Numbered from the stretch's first letter, positions 1 through 10,567 are shown. The stretch is DNA of 64,000 nt from Limisphaerales bacterium (GCA_965657355.1 CBFHOE010000010.1:32001-96000), one strand, 5' to 3'. Translations and numbers: made by a program. Notes: generated by a model from the letters alone, not told the origin.

Positions 1-2
1 AG

Positions 3-428
3 ACACCCGAAATCAAGGACGCGTCCATTGACCTTATCATTACCTCCCCTCCCTTTTTGGACATTGTAAACTATCAAGGTGATAATTGGCTAAGATGTTG
101 GTTTAACCATATTGACTCAGAGGCAGTTTCCCTCTGGAACATAAGGAGACCGGAAGCTTGGATTAACGCCATGACTCAAGTCTTTCTTGAATTAAAGAGA
201 GTCCTAAAACCGGGTGGCCATATTGCATTTGAAGTGGGAGAAGTGCGGGGAGGCAAACTTAGGATGGAAACACTAGCAGCCCCAGCCGCTATAGCCTCTG
301 GTCTTGTGCCTATTTTTTTACTGATCAACGACCAGGAGTTCACTAAAACAGCAAATTGCTGGGGAGTCTCAAATCAGAAAAAGGGGACCAACACTAATAG
401 AATTTTGTTGCTTCAAAAAAGTCATTAA
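3..428 (+). CDS. DNA amino-methyltransferase (N4-C/N6-A family), C-terminal part; 5' end outside the window
   Basis: The frame is open from base 3 and reads TPEIKDASIDLIITSPPFLDIVNY. SPPF is the motif IV type of amino-MTases, followed by LKRVLKPGGHIAFEVG. Confidence 0.85.
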   Translation, partial: TPEIKDASIDLIITSPPFLDIVNYQGDNWLRCWFNHIDSEAVSLWNIRRPEAWINAMTQVFLELKRVLKPGGHIAFEVGEVRGGKLRMETLAAPAAIASGLVPIFLLINDQEFTKTANCWGVSNQKKGTNTNRILLLQKSH

Positions 429-431
429 TCA

Positions 432-767
432 CTATTCGGATGTCTCATTATCTTTGATCGGAGTAGGGTCAATTTCTATCATCCCATTAATTTCCCTCAC
501 TTTAAAAGATTCCACATGCCATATGGAACCCGTAATACATTTGCCGGATTTCCCATTGAATCCCCATTGGTGCCAAGGGCAATAAACGACCCCCTTCATC
601 ACGGTACCTTGTCCAAGCGAGGCTCCGGCATGCGGGCAAAAATCATCCACGCAATAAAGCTCGTTGCCCTCTCTGAAAACAGCGAGCCTTTTACCATTAA
701 CTTTTACAATCTGCCCCTTACCTGGCTCGAGTGAGCTGGATTTCATTACCGCGACATAATCTCCCAT
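432..767 (-). CDS. Rieske [2Fe-2S] ferredoxin (NirD/dioxygenase ferredoxin-like)
   Basis: CPHAG...CPWH Rieske ligand motifs; 111 aa. Confidence 0.9.
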   Translation of the reverse strand: MGDYVAVMKSSSLEPGKGQIVKVNGKRLAVFREGNELYCVDDFCPHAGASLGQGTVMKGVVYCPWHQWGFNGKSGKCITGSIWHVESFKVREINGMIEIDPTPIKDNETSE

Positions 768-1144
768 AAAAATTCCACTGAACTAACATTTTATTGGCAG
801 GAAGGAAACAAATTTCACAAATCTTGGAATGCAATGCTTTGGTCAGCTGTTTTTTTGAATTCCGATTAGCTGAGCGAGGGCGATCCAATAGCAAGTTCAA
901 ATTGGATGAAGTCATTATTCTTCAGTGCCAACCACGAAATTTAAAATATCTTCCATTTTCCATCTTCCAGCAGATGAATCTTCCTGAATAATTGTTTCCG
1001 TTCCCTTTTTTCGATTTAACTAATCAAGCTATATTCACGTTTTTTAGGAATCTTTGGCTTTATACTTTCCCTCAAACTGAAGGGATCGACACTTCAATGA
1101 ATCTGACGAAGAGATTACCTTTCAACTCTTCATTGATGGTAATC

Positions 1145-1172
1145 TTGCATAATAGGAGCAAAAACGCATTAT
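1145..1172 (+). promoter_or_regulatory. Putative sigma70 promoter with leaderless geometry
   Basis: TTGCAT-N16-CATTAT, then 6 nt to the ATG at 1179. Confidence 0.35.
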
Positions 1173-1178
1173 ATACGT

Positions 1179-4100
1179 ATGCGTTCCATGTCAGCTATTC
1201 TACTTATCCTACTTGTTCTACTGGGACCGGATAAGCAATGGGCTCAAGCCAAGGAAATAGATTTTGCGAGAGATATCCTTCCAATACTTTCCGATAATTG
1301 CTTCCAATGTCATGGGCCGGATACAAATGAAGGCCGTAAAGGGGATCTACGTCTTGATGAGGAGGAGGACACAAAAAGGCTTAGAGACTCTGCTTACAAA
1401 GTCATTTCGGAAGGAGATTCCTCAAATAGTGAATTAATAAAAAGAATCAATTCCACCGATTCTGACGATGAAATGCCCCCACCAGAGCTGGGGCGTAAAC
1501 TCACAGCTCAGCAAAAAAGTTTATTGTCAGATTGGATAAAGCAGGGAGCTAAATGGGGCAAGCATTGGGCATTTGAACCCGTGATTAAACCCACCTCACA
1601 TACGAAATCAGATCATCCTATAGATTCATTGGTGGTAAAAAAGCTCACTTCCAAAAACCTAACCATGAACCAAAAGGCTGACCGAAGAACTCTGATAAGA
1701 AGATTGGCCTTAGACCTCACAGGGTTACCCCCGACGCCAAACGAAATACAAAAATTCTTGAGCGATTCATCACCCAATGCATGGGAACAAGCTGTAGAAC
1801 GTATGTTAACCAAGGAATCGTTCGGAGAGAGGATGGCTTGGGATTGGCTCGAGGCTTCTCGATATTCTGATACAAATGGATATCAGGGAGACAGAGAAAG
1901 AACCATGTGGCCATGGAGAGACTGGGTTGTAAGTGCATTCAACGAGAATCTTCCTTACGACAAATTCACGATGTGGCAACTTGCCGGGGACCTCATGCCA
2001 AACCCAACCCGGAATCAAATTTTGGCGACTGGATTCAATCGAAACCACATGATTAATGGGGAAGGCGGGAGAATCGCAGAAGAGAACCGGGTTGATTACG
2101 TTTTTGATATGACAGAAACCATGGGCACCGTTTGGCTGGGACTCACACTAAATTGTAGCAGATGCCACGATCATAAATTCGATCCAATAGCCCAAAAAGA
2201 ATATTACCAGCTCACAGCATTTTTCAACCAAACCCCAGTAAATGGGGGTGGAGGAAGCGGCCAGACAGCCCCCATTCTTGAAGCGCCAACTTATGAACAA
2301 TCCAGAAAAATAGAAGCATTGAAGTCGGAGATTTCAGAACTAGATGACTCAATTAAGAAAAGGTCAAATTTTTTGATTTCAAATCAAAAGGAATGGGAAA
2401 AGAAACAATTGGAAATTCAAAAGACGACATCATGGGAAGCACTCATTCCTGACAAAGCCACAGCTAAGCATCAAGAACTCATTATCCAGGATAAAGGTTT
2501 TATATATGCGAAAGGAAAGAATCCTGACAAGGACGAATATGTTATAAGCTATCCGATAGAAACTGATGCCTTAACTGGGGTAAAGATCGAGGCCGTAAGG
2601 CACCCCCAGATGACTGCTGGAGGACTGGCTAGATCAGATAGTGGGAACTTTGTCTTAACAGATATCGAGTTTCAATTGACCGATGGCGTCTCCAAAAATT
2701 CAAGAAGGCTCCAAATCCAATCAGCCCAAGCTACTTTTGAACAGGGAGGTCATAAGATAACAAACACCTTTGACTCAGACCCTCAAACAGGTTGGGCAGT
2801 TTGGAACGGCAAAAATTTGGACCGCGATCACGCCGCCGTATTTACTCTAAAACCAACTCCATTAAATGGGACGGAAAACAAACTGGTAGCAGTACTAAAA
2901 TTTAATTCGCCCCATGCAAAGCATAATTTGGGATATTTTCGACTACTGGCATCTGGAGCTCCGAATCCCAAATTAGATGATGAGCGTTCTCAATTGGTAG
3001 CCACCTTGAAAGTGGCTCCAGACAAACGCTCGGAGGACCAGAAGAAGACCATCAGAGAAGCGCTCTTAAAATCAGACGCTGCTTACCAAAAACTATCCAA
3101 CGATAAAAAGGCATTGAATGACCAAATAAAAAGAATATCTCAAGGTATTCCGAAAGTCATGGTCATGAAAGATCGCGATCAATCTCGGCAGACCTATATA
3201 CTTGAGCGCGGCTTATACAACAAGCCAGGAAACCCAGTAAAAGCTAATATCCCATCGGCACTTCCTCAAATCCAGAAAAGAACAAATTTAAACCGATTAG
3301 ACTTAGCAGAATGGTTGGTCAGGAATGATAACCCCCTTACATCTAGGGTAACGGTTAATCGAATCTGGCAAATGTTTTTCGGAACGGGACTAGTCAAAAC
3401 AGCAGAGGATTTCGGAGTGCAATCAGAATACCCAGAACATAAAGAATTGCTCGACTGGCTTGCTGCAGAATTTATGGATAGCGGTTGGGATATGAAACAT
3501 CTTATAAGAACCATTGTAACGAGCAAAACATACCAACAAAGCTCTATTGCAAAGACTAAAACGGAATACCAAAAGGACCCGCAGAACCGTTATTTAGCCA
3601 GAGGCCCAAGATTCAGAATGCCTTCGTGGATGATTAGAGATCAGGCCCTTGCGGCTAGTAATCTCCTCAACTCTGCTGTGGGTGGAAGACCTGTATTTAG
3701 TTACCAACCCAAAGGGCTTTGGTCCGAGGCAACTTTCGGGAAAAAAAGATATAACCAGGATGATGGCGAAAAACTTCATCGAAGAAGTATATATACATTT
3801 TGGAGACGCATTGTTGGTCCTCCAGTATTCTTTGATACAGCTAAAAGACAGGTCTGTGAGGTGAACCCTCTCCGCACCAATACACCTATGCATGCACTGA
3901 CTGTCTATAATGATATCACATTTGTTGAAGCAGCGCGTTCACTTGCCGAACATGTCATATCCACTAGTGACGATTCTAAAAAACGCCTTGATCTGATATA
4001 TCTCAGAACTCTCGGAAGATACCCGGATGAAAAGGAATATCAGGTTCTTGAACAAAGTTTGAAGAAATCCATGGATGCTTTTATGAAGGATGAAAATGCC

Positions 4101-4226
4101 GCTAAGGAATTTGTATCCGTAGGGGCTCAGCCCCGTGATGAATCCCTAACCCCAAAAGAAGTGGCAGCTTGGGCTGCTCTTTGCTTAAACGTATTAAATT
4201 TAGACGAGACTTTAACCAAGGAATAA
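1179..4226 (+). CDS. Planctomycete-type cytochrome c + DUF1549 + DUF1553 (PSD1-type) exported protein
   Basis: Signal peptide; IDFARDILPILSDNCFQCHGPD; HWAFEP; RRLALDLTGLPPT; CSRCHDHKFDP; NPLTSRVTVNRIWQ; RRSIYTF; TNTPMHAL; C-terminal LNLDETLTKE. Confidence 0.92.
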   Translation: MRSMSAILLILLVLLGPDKQWAQAKEIDFARDILPILSDNCFQCHGPDTNEGRKGDLRLDEEEDTKRLRDSAYKVISEGDSSNSELIKRINSTDSDDEMPPPELGRKLTAQQKSLLSDWIKQGAKWGKHWAFEPVIKPTSHTKSDHPIDSLVVKKLTSKNLTMNQKADRRTLIRRLALDLTGLPPTPNEIQKFLSDSSPNAWEQAVERMLTKESFGERMAWDWLEASRYSDTNGYQGDRERTMWPWRDWVVSAFNENLPYDKFTMWQLAGDLMPNPTRNQILATGFNRNHMINGEGGRIAEENRVDYVFDMTETMGTVWLGLTLNCSRCHDHKFDPIAQKEYYQLTAFFNQTPVNGGGGSGQTAPILEAPTYEQSRKIEALKSEISELDDSIKKRSNFLISNQKEWEKKQLEIQKTTSWEALIPDKATAKHQELIIQDKGFIYAKGKNPDKDEYVISYPIETDALTGVKIEAVRHPQMTAGGLARSDSGNFVLTDIEFQLTDGVSKNSRRLQIQSAQATFEQGGHKITNTFDSDPQTGWAVWNGKNLDRDHAAVFTLKPTPLNGTENKLVAVLKFNSPHAKHNLGYFRLLASGAPNPKLDDERSQLVATLKVAPDKRSEDQKKTIREALLKSDAAYQKLSNDKKALNDQIKRISQGIPKVMVMKDRDQSRQTYILERGLYNKPGNPVKANIPSALPQIQKRTNLNRLDLAEWLVRNDNPLTSRVTVNRIWQMFFGTGLVKTAEDFGVQSEYPEHKELLDWLAAEFMDSGWDMKHLIRTIVTSKTYQQSSIAKTKTEYQKDPQNRYLARGPRFRMPSWMIRDQALAASNLLNSAVGGRPVFSYQPKGLWSEATFGKKRYNQDDGEKLHRRSIYTFWRRIVGPPVFFDTAKRQVCEVNPLRTNTPMHALTVYNDITFVEAARSLAEHVISTSDDSKKRLDLIYLRTLGRYPDEKEYQVLEQSLKKSMDAFMKDENAAKEFVSVGAQPRDESLTPKEVAAWAALCLNVLNLDETLTKE

Positions 4227-4227
4227 T

Positions 4228-5715
4228 ATGAAAAATGGTTGGAAAGTATTAAGCGACAAAACGCCGAAGCCTATTCTTGACCAGCAACTGTTGGTTAACA
4301 GGCGCCAGTTCATGGGAAAAACGGCTAACGGTGTCGGCCTTGCTGCTCTAGCCACCCTTCTTCAAAAGGATGGGCTCATGGCAAGCCATTCAGAAAGAAA
4401 GCCACTATTCGGACACTTTGCACCCAAGGCAAAAAGAGTTATTTACCTTTTTCAAAATGGTGCCCCAACTCATGTGGACCTCTTTGATTATAAACCGCGT
4501 ATAATGGATATGCATGGCAAACCAGTCCCGAAAGAATACTTCGGAAATAAGAGATTTAGCACCATGACTGGAAATCCAACCGGCAAGCTTATGCTCGCTC
4601 CTGTAGAACCATTTAAGCAGCATGGTCAAAGCGGCGCTTGGGTAAGTAATTTCATGCCCCATATAGCGGAAATTTCGGATAACTTATGTTTTGTCAAAAG
4701 TATGCATACCGAGGCTGTTAATCACGCCCCGGCTATTTCTTTTTTACTGAGCGGTGCTGAAATCCCGGGGCGGCCGGCAATGGGGGCCTGGCTCAACTAC
4801 GGATTGGGAACAGAGGCAGAAGATTTACCCGGATATGTCGTTATGACCTCCGTTAGTAAAGGTACCACTTGTGGGCAAATTTTCTATGACTTCTATTGGG
4901 GATCCGGTTTTTTACCGTCTCGCTTTCAGGGCTCAAAATTTAGGGGCAGTAAAGATCCCGTTCTTTTTTTAAACAATCCAGCGGGTATGAAACCCTCTCT
5001 ACGGAGAGGACTCCTGGACGATCTCAACGCACTTAATCAACATAAATATGAGCAAATGGGTGACCCAGAGATTCAAACTCGCATGAGTCAGTATGAAATG
5101 GCATACCGAATGCAAACCTCAGTTCCTGACCTTACCGACCTTTCCGATGAACCAGATCACATTCTCGACATGTATGGGCCTCAAGTGAGAGAGCCCGGTA
5201 CTTTTGCTTATAACTGCCTTATGTCTCGGCGTTTAGCGGAGAGAGGGGTGAGGTTTATCCAATGCATGCATGCCGGATGGGATCAGCACAACAGCCTCAC
5301 AACTGAGCTTTATACCCAATGTAAAGACACCGATCAACCCAGTGCTGCACTAGTAAAAGACCTGAAAATGAGGGGGCTCCTTGATGACACTCTCGTGATT
5401 TGGGGCGGGGAATTTGGAAGAACGCCATTCATTCAGGGGAGCTTAGACAACCGACCTCGGTGGGGAAGAGACCACCACCCTTATGCCTTTACAGTATGGA
5501 TGGCAGGCGGAGGGATAAAACCCGGCATCTCACATGGAGCTTCAGATGATTTAGCCTTTAATGCTGTGGAGGATCCTGTGCATGTTCATGATTTCCAGGC
5601 AACAATTCTCCATCTTCTTGGTTTGGATCATGAACGCCTTACCTATAAATTTCAGGGTCGTTATTTCCGTCTGACAGATGTTCACGGAAATGTCGTGAAA
5701 AAAATCCTCGCATAG
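4228..5715 (+). CDS. DUF1501 family protein (Tat-type signal)
   Basis: RRQFM twin-arginine motif; AKRVIYLFQNGAPTHVDLFDYKP; WDQH; VIWGGEFGRTP; GRDHHP; VHVHDFQATILHLLG. Confidence 0.92.
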   Translation: MKNGWKVLSDKTPKPILDQQLLVNRRQFMGKTANGVGLAALATLLQKDGLMASHSERKPLFGHFAPKAKRVIYLFQNGAPTHVDLFDYKPRIMDMHGKPVPKEYFGNKRFSTMTGNPTGKLMLAPVEPFKQHGQSGAWVSNFMPHIAEISDNLCFVKSMHTEAVNHAPAISFLLSGAEIPGRPAMGAWLNYGLGTEAEDLPGYVVMTSVSKGTTCGQIFYDFYWGSGFLPSRFQGSKFRGSKDPVLFLNNPAGMKPSLRRGLLDDLNALNQHKYEQMGDPEIQTRMSQYEMAYRMQTSVPDLTDLSDEPDHILDMYGPQVREPGTFAYNCLMSRRLAERGVRFIQCMHAGWDQHNSLTTELYTQCKDTDQPSAALVKDLKMRGLLDDTLVIWGGEFGRTPFIQGSLDNRPRWGRDHHPYAFTVWMAGGGIKPGISHGASDDLAFNAVEDPVHVHDFQATILHLLGLDHERLTYKFQGRYFRLTDVHGNVVKKILA

Positions 5716-5770
5716 GCTCTTTCACGATATGTTTTAAAGCTAAATCGGAAACAAAAAAGTATGGATCTCT

Positions 5771-6751
5771 TTACCTCGGTACGGCGATTAAGAAATCTGA
5801 TGCTTCGATAGATGATAGTTGCCAAGACGGCGCACAAGCTGGAATAAGGCAGAACTGACCTGCCAGGAGATTCTCTCCAGGGGAGCTTGGGGTATTGACA
5901 CTCAAAGCCCCTTTGTAAACTCCAATGATAATCGGTTTACCGATGGAACTAATGCTGGCTGTTTCTCCAATAGCCAAGCTGTTTGTTTCCACTGAAAATA
6001 AAGCATCATCGACTATGAGATTGGCCCCAGGGATTACCGGATTCCCTTCCAAACTGGAACACAACGGGGGTTCAAAATCCAAAAAATCGATGGATTTCAT
6101 TGAAGAATCAATATGCAACTCACGAGGCTTGCCATCAAGCCCCGTGCGATTCCAATCAAAAACGCGAAAAGTAGTATCGGAATTCTGCTGAATTTCAAAA
6201 ATTACATTTCCAGCTCCTATGGCATGAACACGACCGCTCGGCAGAAACATGGCATCGCCAGAGCTCACTTTAATTTGATGAAAACAATCAGCGACTGAAC
6301 CGTCGTCAATTTTATGCCGAAACGTATCTTCAGTAACACCGTTTTTCAAACCAACAAAAAGATCTGCTCCAGGCTCAGCATGAGTGACAAACCACATCTC
6401 AGTCTTAGGCTCTCCTCCCATTTGAGTTGCTTTCTCAGCTGGTGGATGAACTTGTAGTGACAGCTTCTGTTGCGCATCTAAAATTTTGACCAAAAGAGGA
6501 AAGCGGTTTGAATGCAAAGTGACTTGCCCCATGATTTCCGATGAAAAATTTTTCATGAGCCACGTCAGATCATTACCGGCGTATTCCCCGTTAGTAATGA
6601 CACTGCTATCTTCTTTTCGATCGGAAACCTCCCACGATTCACCAACCGGCACATTTGGAGGAAGGCTTTTATTGTAGAGGGACTCTAAATTTCGGCCACC
6701 CCAAATTCGTTCCTTAAGAATTGGTTCAAACCGCAGCGGGTATACATTCAT
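5771..6751 (-). CDS. manA: Mannose-6-phosphate isomerase, class I
   Basis: IWGG, GESWEVS, FPLLVKILDA, LSLQVHP, KTEMW, VHAIGAG, EIQQNSDTTFRVFDW. Confidence 0.9.
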   Translation of the reverse strand: MNVYPLRFEPILKERIWGGRNLESLYNKSLPPNVPVGESWEVSDRKEDSSVITNGEYAGNDLTWLMKNFSSEIMGQVTLHSNRFPLLVKILDAQQKLSLQVHPPAEKATQMGGEPKTEMWFVTHAEPGADLFVGLKNGVTEDTFRHKIDDGSVADCFHQIKVSSGDAMFLPSGRVHAIGAGNVIFEIQQNSDTTFRVFDWNRTGLDGKPRELHIDSSMKSIDFLDFEPPLCSSLEGNPVIPGANLIVDDALFSVETNSLAIGETASISSIGKPIIIGVYKGALSVNTPSSPGENLLAGQFCLIPACAPSWQLSSIEASDFLIAVPR

Positions 6752-6804
6752 TTGGATGTAGAAATGAGGAGAGTTTTTGTATCTACGAGGAAAGATAAAA
6801 AATA

Positions 6805-7794
6805 TCAGGCATTTTCTTTAGCCCTCTCGATTGCTGTATCCTCGTAATGCCCCATGGCTCGATATTTCTGATATCGATGCTCCAGTAAATCCTTAACTTT
6901 AAGTTTTTTCAATTGCTCCAAATGGCTGAGGACCGAAGCTTTTAAATTGTTTGCAGTATAAGACGGGTTAACGTGAGCCCCACCAAGAGGTTCGGGAATT
7001 ATTTCATCGGCAATTTCAAATTCTAATAAATCTTTTGCCGTTATCTTTAGTGCCTCAGCGGCTTTTGGAGCAGCTGCTCTATCTTTCCATAAAATAGCCG
7101 CACAGCCTTCTGGGCTAATGACCGAATAATAGGCATTTTCTAAAACGAGGATTCGGTCCGCAACACCAATACCTAAGGCCCCGCCAGAACCACCTTCGCC
7201 GATGACGGCAGCAACAATGGGAACCTCTAGCCTCGCCATCTCTCGTATATTCACGGCTATTGCCTCCGCAATGTGACGTTCTTCGGCCCCGACCCCAGGG
7301 TAGGCACCGGCCGTGTCAATAAGAGCTACTATAGGCAAAGAAAACTTGTCTGCCATTCGCATTAATCGGAGCGCTTTCCTATATCCTTCAGGGTGAGCTG
7401 ACCCGAAATTTCTCAAAATATTTTCCTTGGTATCTCTGCCTTTCTGGGTACCAATGACCATGACTTTTTGATCCCCAAGCTTCGCAAATCCTCCGACGAC
7501 AGCTCTGTCGTCACCGTATAGTCGATCCCCATGCAGTTCCTCAAAATCTTCAAATGCATTGGCAATGTAGTCCAAGGTGTAAGGTCGCTTTGGGTGCCTT
7601 GCCAACTGAACCCTCTGCCATGCAGTTAGATTTGAAAAAATAGATTTTCTGGTCTCCTCGATCTTCTTTTCGATACGAGTAATCTCATCTGCAAGATTGA
7701 TCTTAAGAATACCAGATTTTTCTGTATGCCTTAAATCCTCAAGTTTTTGCTGGAGGTCGATAAGGGGTTTTTCAAATTCAAGGTGGTGGATCAT
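6805..7794 (-). CDS. accA: Acetyl-CoA carboxylase carboxyltransferase alpha subunit
   Basis: LEFEKP, ARHPKRPYTLDY, ELHGDR, PEGYRKALRLM, DTAGAYPG, GEGGSGGALG, YSVISPEGCAAILWK. Confidence 0.97.
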   Translation of the reverse strand: MIHHLEFEKPLIDLQQKLEDLRHTEKSGILKINLADEITRIEKKIEETRKSIFSNLTAWQRVQLARHPKRPYTLDYIANAFEDFEELHGDRLYGDDRAVVGGFAKLGDQKVMVIGTQKGRDTKENILRNFGSAHPEGYRKALRLMRMADKFSLPIVALIDTAGAYPGVGAEERHIAEAIAVNIREMARLEVPIVAAVIGEGGSGGALGIGVADRILVLENAYYSVISPEGCAAILWKDRAAAPKAAEALKITAKDLLEFEIADEIIPEPLGGAHVNPSYTANNLKASVLSHLEQLKKLKVKDLLEHRYQKYRAMGHYEDTAIERAKENA

Positions 7795-7850
7795 ATCAAA
7801 CTATTTTGATGTTATAACTGAAATTGGGATGCACTTCAATATATGGATCA

Positions 7851-9419
7851 TCATACTTGTTGAGGGGCAGGATGACGCCAACTCCTATTCGTTCGCTGTA
7901 AAAGGCCATCAGAAGGAGTAGGGCCCCAAGAACCGGCAGGGTAAAATTCATCGTCCGCCATTGGGCGATCTCCCCATCCATTACGAATAGAATCGACAAA
8001 AGCCCATGCTACTTCAAGTTCATCCCGTCGAATAAATAGGGTTGGATCACCAGCCATCGCTTCAAGTAACAATCTTTCGTATGCCTCTGGAGTATAGGCT
8101 CCAAATTCAGAGTCGTAGGAAAATCTCATTCGGACGGGCCTGAGCTGCATATTGGCGCCAGGTATTTTCCCATTGATATGAAGGGTAATTCCCTCGTCTG
8201 GCTGCAGCCTTAATGTCATGGAGTTTGCATCGAGATTAGTTCCGCACTGAGCCGCAAAAAGAACCTGCGGAGGGCGCTTAAACTGAATTCTAACCTCACT
8301 TGCTTTAAATGGTAGATTCTTACCTGTTCTTAAATAAAAAGGAACTCCAGACCACCTCCAATTATCTATCCAGACTTTCATCCCCACATAGGTTTCTACA
8401 TTCGATTGGGGATCTACCCTGGGCTCATGCCTGTATGCCGGTCTATCTTCGCCATCGACAACTCCACCTGTGTATTGTCCGCGGACGACCATACGGCCAA
8501 CCATTTCCGGGGTCATAGGCCTGATGGACCGCAAAAGCTTCACTTTTTCATCCCGGATCGCCTCGGCCTCCAGATGTCCAGGCGGCTCCATTGCAGTGAG
8601 TGCAAGAACTTGCAAAAGGTGATTTTGAACCATGTCGCGTAAAGCCCCGGCATCTTCATAGTACCCCCCCCGATTTCCGACGCCCATATCTTCACTGACT
8701 GTGATCTGAATATGATCTATAGACTCTCTATTCCAATTTTGCTCAATGAGATAATTTGAAAAACGAAAGACAAGAATATTTTGGACAGTTTCTTTTCCAA
8801 GGTAATGATCTATTCTGAAGATCTGCTTTTCATGAGCAAATTTATTAAGGGCTGTATTAAGCTCTTGAGCAGATTTTAAATCTGTTCCAAATGGTTTTTC
8901 GACAACCAATCTTTCGGAATGGTCATCATTTTCATTTTTGTTAAGAAGACCTGTCGAATGAAGATTCTCAGCGACGAGGGCAAATTGTGTCGGACTGGTG
9001 GCTAAGTAAAATAATAAATTCTTCCTTAAACGAGGGTCGCCAAATTCAGACAACATTTTTTCGAGCTTCTTGTATCCCTCAATGTCATCAAATGATGCCT
9101 GACAATAGTGGACGTTATTGCAAAACTCGTCCCATTTCTGCGGAGTCTCATCTTTAGTTCGAGAGTATTTAGTAAATCCTTCTAATAATTCATTTCTCCA
9201 ATTCTGGTCCGTTTTTTCCCGCCGAGCAAAGCCAACAACCTTAAATGGATTTGGTAACGCACCTTCCTCAAATAAATGGTATAAAGCCGGAATTAGCTTT
9301 CGGTAGGTCAAATCCCCGCTAGCGCCAAAAATAATAATTGTACAGGGTTCTACGATTTTTCTGGCATGATCCAAACGGCAAATCATTAACTCATCAAGTT
9401 CCTGGTCATTAAAATCCAT
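7851..9419 (-). CDS. zwf: Glucose-6-phosphate 1-dehydrogenase
   Basis: FGASGDLTYRKLIPAL, VVEKPFG, RIDHYLGKE, RDMVQNHLLQ, RWSGVPFYLRTGK, AYERLL, YPAGSWGP. Confidence 0.97.
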   Translation of the reverse strand: MDFNDQELDELMICRLDHARKIVEPCTIIIFGASGDLTYRKLIPALYHLFEEGALPNPFKVVGFARREKTDQNWRNELLEGFTKYSRTKDETPQKWDEFCNNVHYCQASFDDIEGYKKLEKMLSEFGDPRLRKNLLFYLATSPTQFALVAENLHSTGLLNKNENDDHSERLVVEKPFGTDLKSAQELNTALNKFAHEKQIFRIDHYLGKETVQNILVFRFSNYLIEQNWNRESIDHIQITVSEDMGVGNRGGYYEDAGALRDMVQNHLLQVLALTAMEPPGHLEAEAIRDEKVKLLRSIRPMTPEMVGRMVVRGQYTGGVVDGEDRPAYRHEPRVDPQSNVETYVGMKVWIDNWRWSGVPFYLRTGKNLPFKASEVRIQFKRPPQVLFAAQCGTNLDANSMTLRLQPDEGITLHINGKIPGANMQLRPVRMRFSYDSEFGAYTPEAYERLLLEAMAGDPTLFIRRDELEVAWAFVDSIRNGWGDRPMADDEFYPAGSWGPTPSDGLLQRTNRSWRHPAPQQV

Positions 9420-9427
9420 TTAAAGGT

Positions 9428-9456
9428 ATTGTGTGCCGACTTTGCTTTCCCATCAA
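9428..9456 (-). promoter_or_regulatory. Putative sigma70 promoter for zwf (little or no leader)
   Basis: Minus strand TTGATG-N17-CACAAT, 8 nt before the ATG at 9419. Confidence 0.4.
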
Positions 9457-9483
9457 GTAGCAAGTGACAGAATGACCTGCGAG

Positions 9484-9512
9484 TTGACGGTATGGCGCTT
9501 TAGACTTAGTTT
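9484..9512 (+). promoter_or_regulatory. Putative sigma70 promoter for iscA-hscB (leaderless)
   Basis: TTGACG-N17-TAGTTT, 6 nt before the ATG at 9519. Confidence 0.5.
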
Positions 9513-9518
9513 AGGCGC

Positions 9519-9905
9519 ATGATTTCGGGGTCTACCTCAAGAAAAAAAGAAGCGGGAAACGTTCGAATTGGTGACGAAAGGCTTGTAAAGCTGACAACCA
9601 ATGCAGCCCACAAAGTGATATCGCTTTTGGAAAGACAGGGCCGCCCAGGAGGCGTCCTCAGAGTCGCTGTGATTGGTGGTGGATGTTCGGGCCTTCAATA
9701 CAAATTAGATCTGCAAGGAGCCCCCGCCAATAGAGATATCATGGTGGATTCTCAAGGCGTCCAGGTAGTGGTCGATCCTAAAAGCGCTTTATACGTCACA
9801 GGGTCCGAGATCGATTTTTTAGAATCGCTGGAGGAAACTGGTTTTAAAGTGCATAATCCAAATGCTGCTACAACATGTTCTTGTGGAGAATCCTTCAGTG
9901 CTTGA
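9519..9905 (+). CDS. iscA: HesB/IscA family iron-sulfur cluster assembly accessory protein
   Basis: LRVAVIGGGCSGLQY, VDPKSALYVTGSEIDF, NPNAATTCSCGESF. Confidence 0.92.
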   Translation: MISGSTSRKKEAGNVRIGDERLVKLTTNAAHKVISLLERQGRPGGVLRVAVIGGGCSGLQYKLDLQGAPANRDIMVDSQGVQVVVDPKSALYVTGSEIDFLESLEETGFKVHNPNAATTCSCGESFSA

Positions 9906-9967
9906 GGCAAAGCAATCTATTTGGTAATGAGTAGAATGTCCTCCGTAAAGTTTCCCTCCAAGTCTTT

Positions 9968-10567
9968 ATGACAGATTATTTTCAAACGTTGGGACTACCG
10001 CGTCTTCCGTGGCTGGAGACAGAGGCCATTAACAAGCAATACCTTGAGCTTTCGCGTCTCTGGCACCCCGACAAATTTCATACTGCCGAAGAAAGCGAAA
10101 AGCAAAAGGCCGAGGAAAAATACTCTGAAATAAACCAGGCAAATCAAATTATTTCGAACCATTCATCGAGGATCCGACATTTGTTGACTCTTGAGTCTAA
10201 TTCTCCACCTTCGGTTGTGGAGCAGCTCCCCAATGAAGTAATGGATTTGTTTATGAGTGTTGAGAAAATCCTCAAGCAATTTGAAGGCTGTATTAAAGAG
10301 AAGGAGTCGCTCACCAATCCTATTCTCAAAATGGGAGTCGTGAAAAGAGCAATGGACTTATCAGATTTGGCTCAGTCTGTATTGGATAATTTAAATCATT
10401 ACCAGAGCAAACTGATGACAGACTTGAAAGCTTTGAGTGCGAAATGGGATCAGAAAAACCCATCGGAACTCCTGGATTCACTTGAGGGCATTTACAGATC
10501 ACTAACTCATATAGAGAAGTGGATTCAAAAGCTAAACGAGAAGAAGTTTCAAGCACAAATGCCATAG
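9968..10567 (+). CDS. hscB: Fe-S assembly co-chaperone HscB-like (J domain)
   Basis: MTDYFQTLGLPR N-terminus, WHPDKF J-domain motif, INQA, helical C-terminal domain; follows iscA. Confidence 0.8.
   Translation: MTDYFQTLGLPRLPWLETEAINKQYLELSRLWHPDKFHTAEESEKQKAEEKYSEINQANQIISNHSSRIRHLLTLESNSPPSVVEQLPNEVMDLFMSVEKILKQFEGCIKEKESLTNPILKMGVVKRAMDLSDLAQSVLDNLNHYQSKLMTDLKALSAKWDQKNPSELLDSLEGIYRSLTHIEKWIQKLNEKKFQAQMP

Noticed and set aside
768..1178. Short ORFs (718-915, 794-991, 992-1234) or an ncRNA in the 410-bp divergent gap
   Set aside because: No recognisable protein motif or RNA structure; treated as a promoter region.
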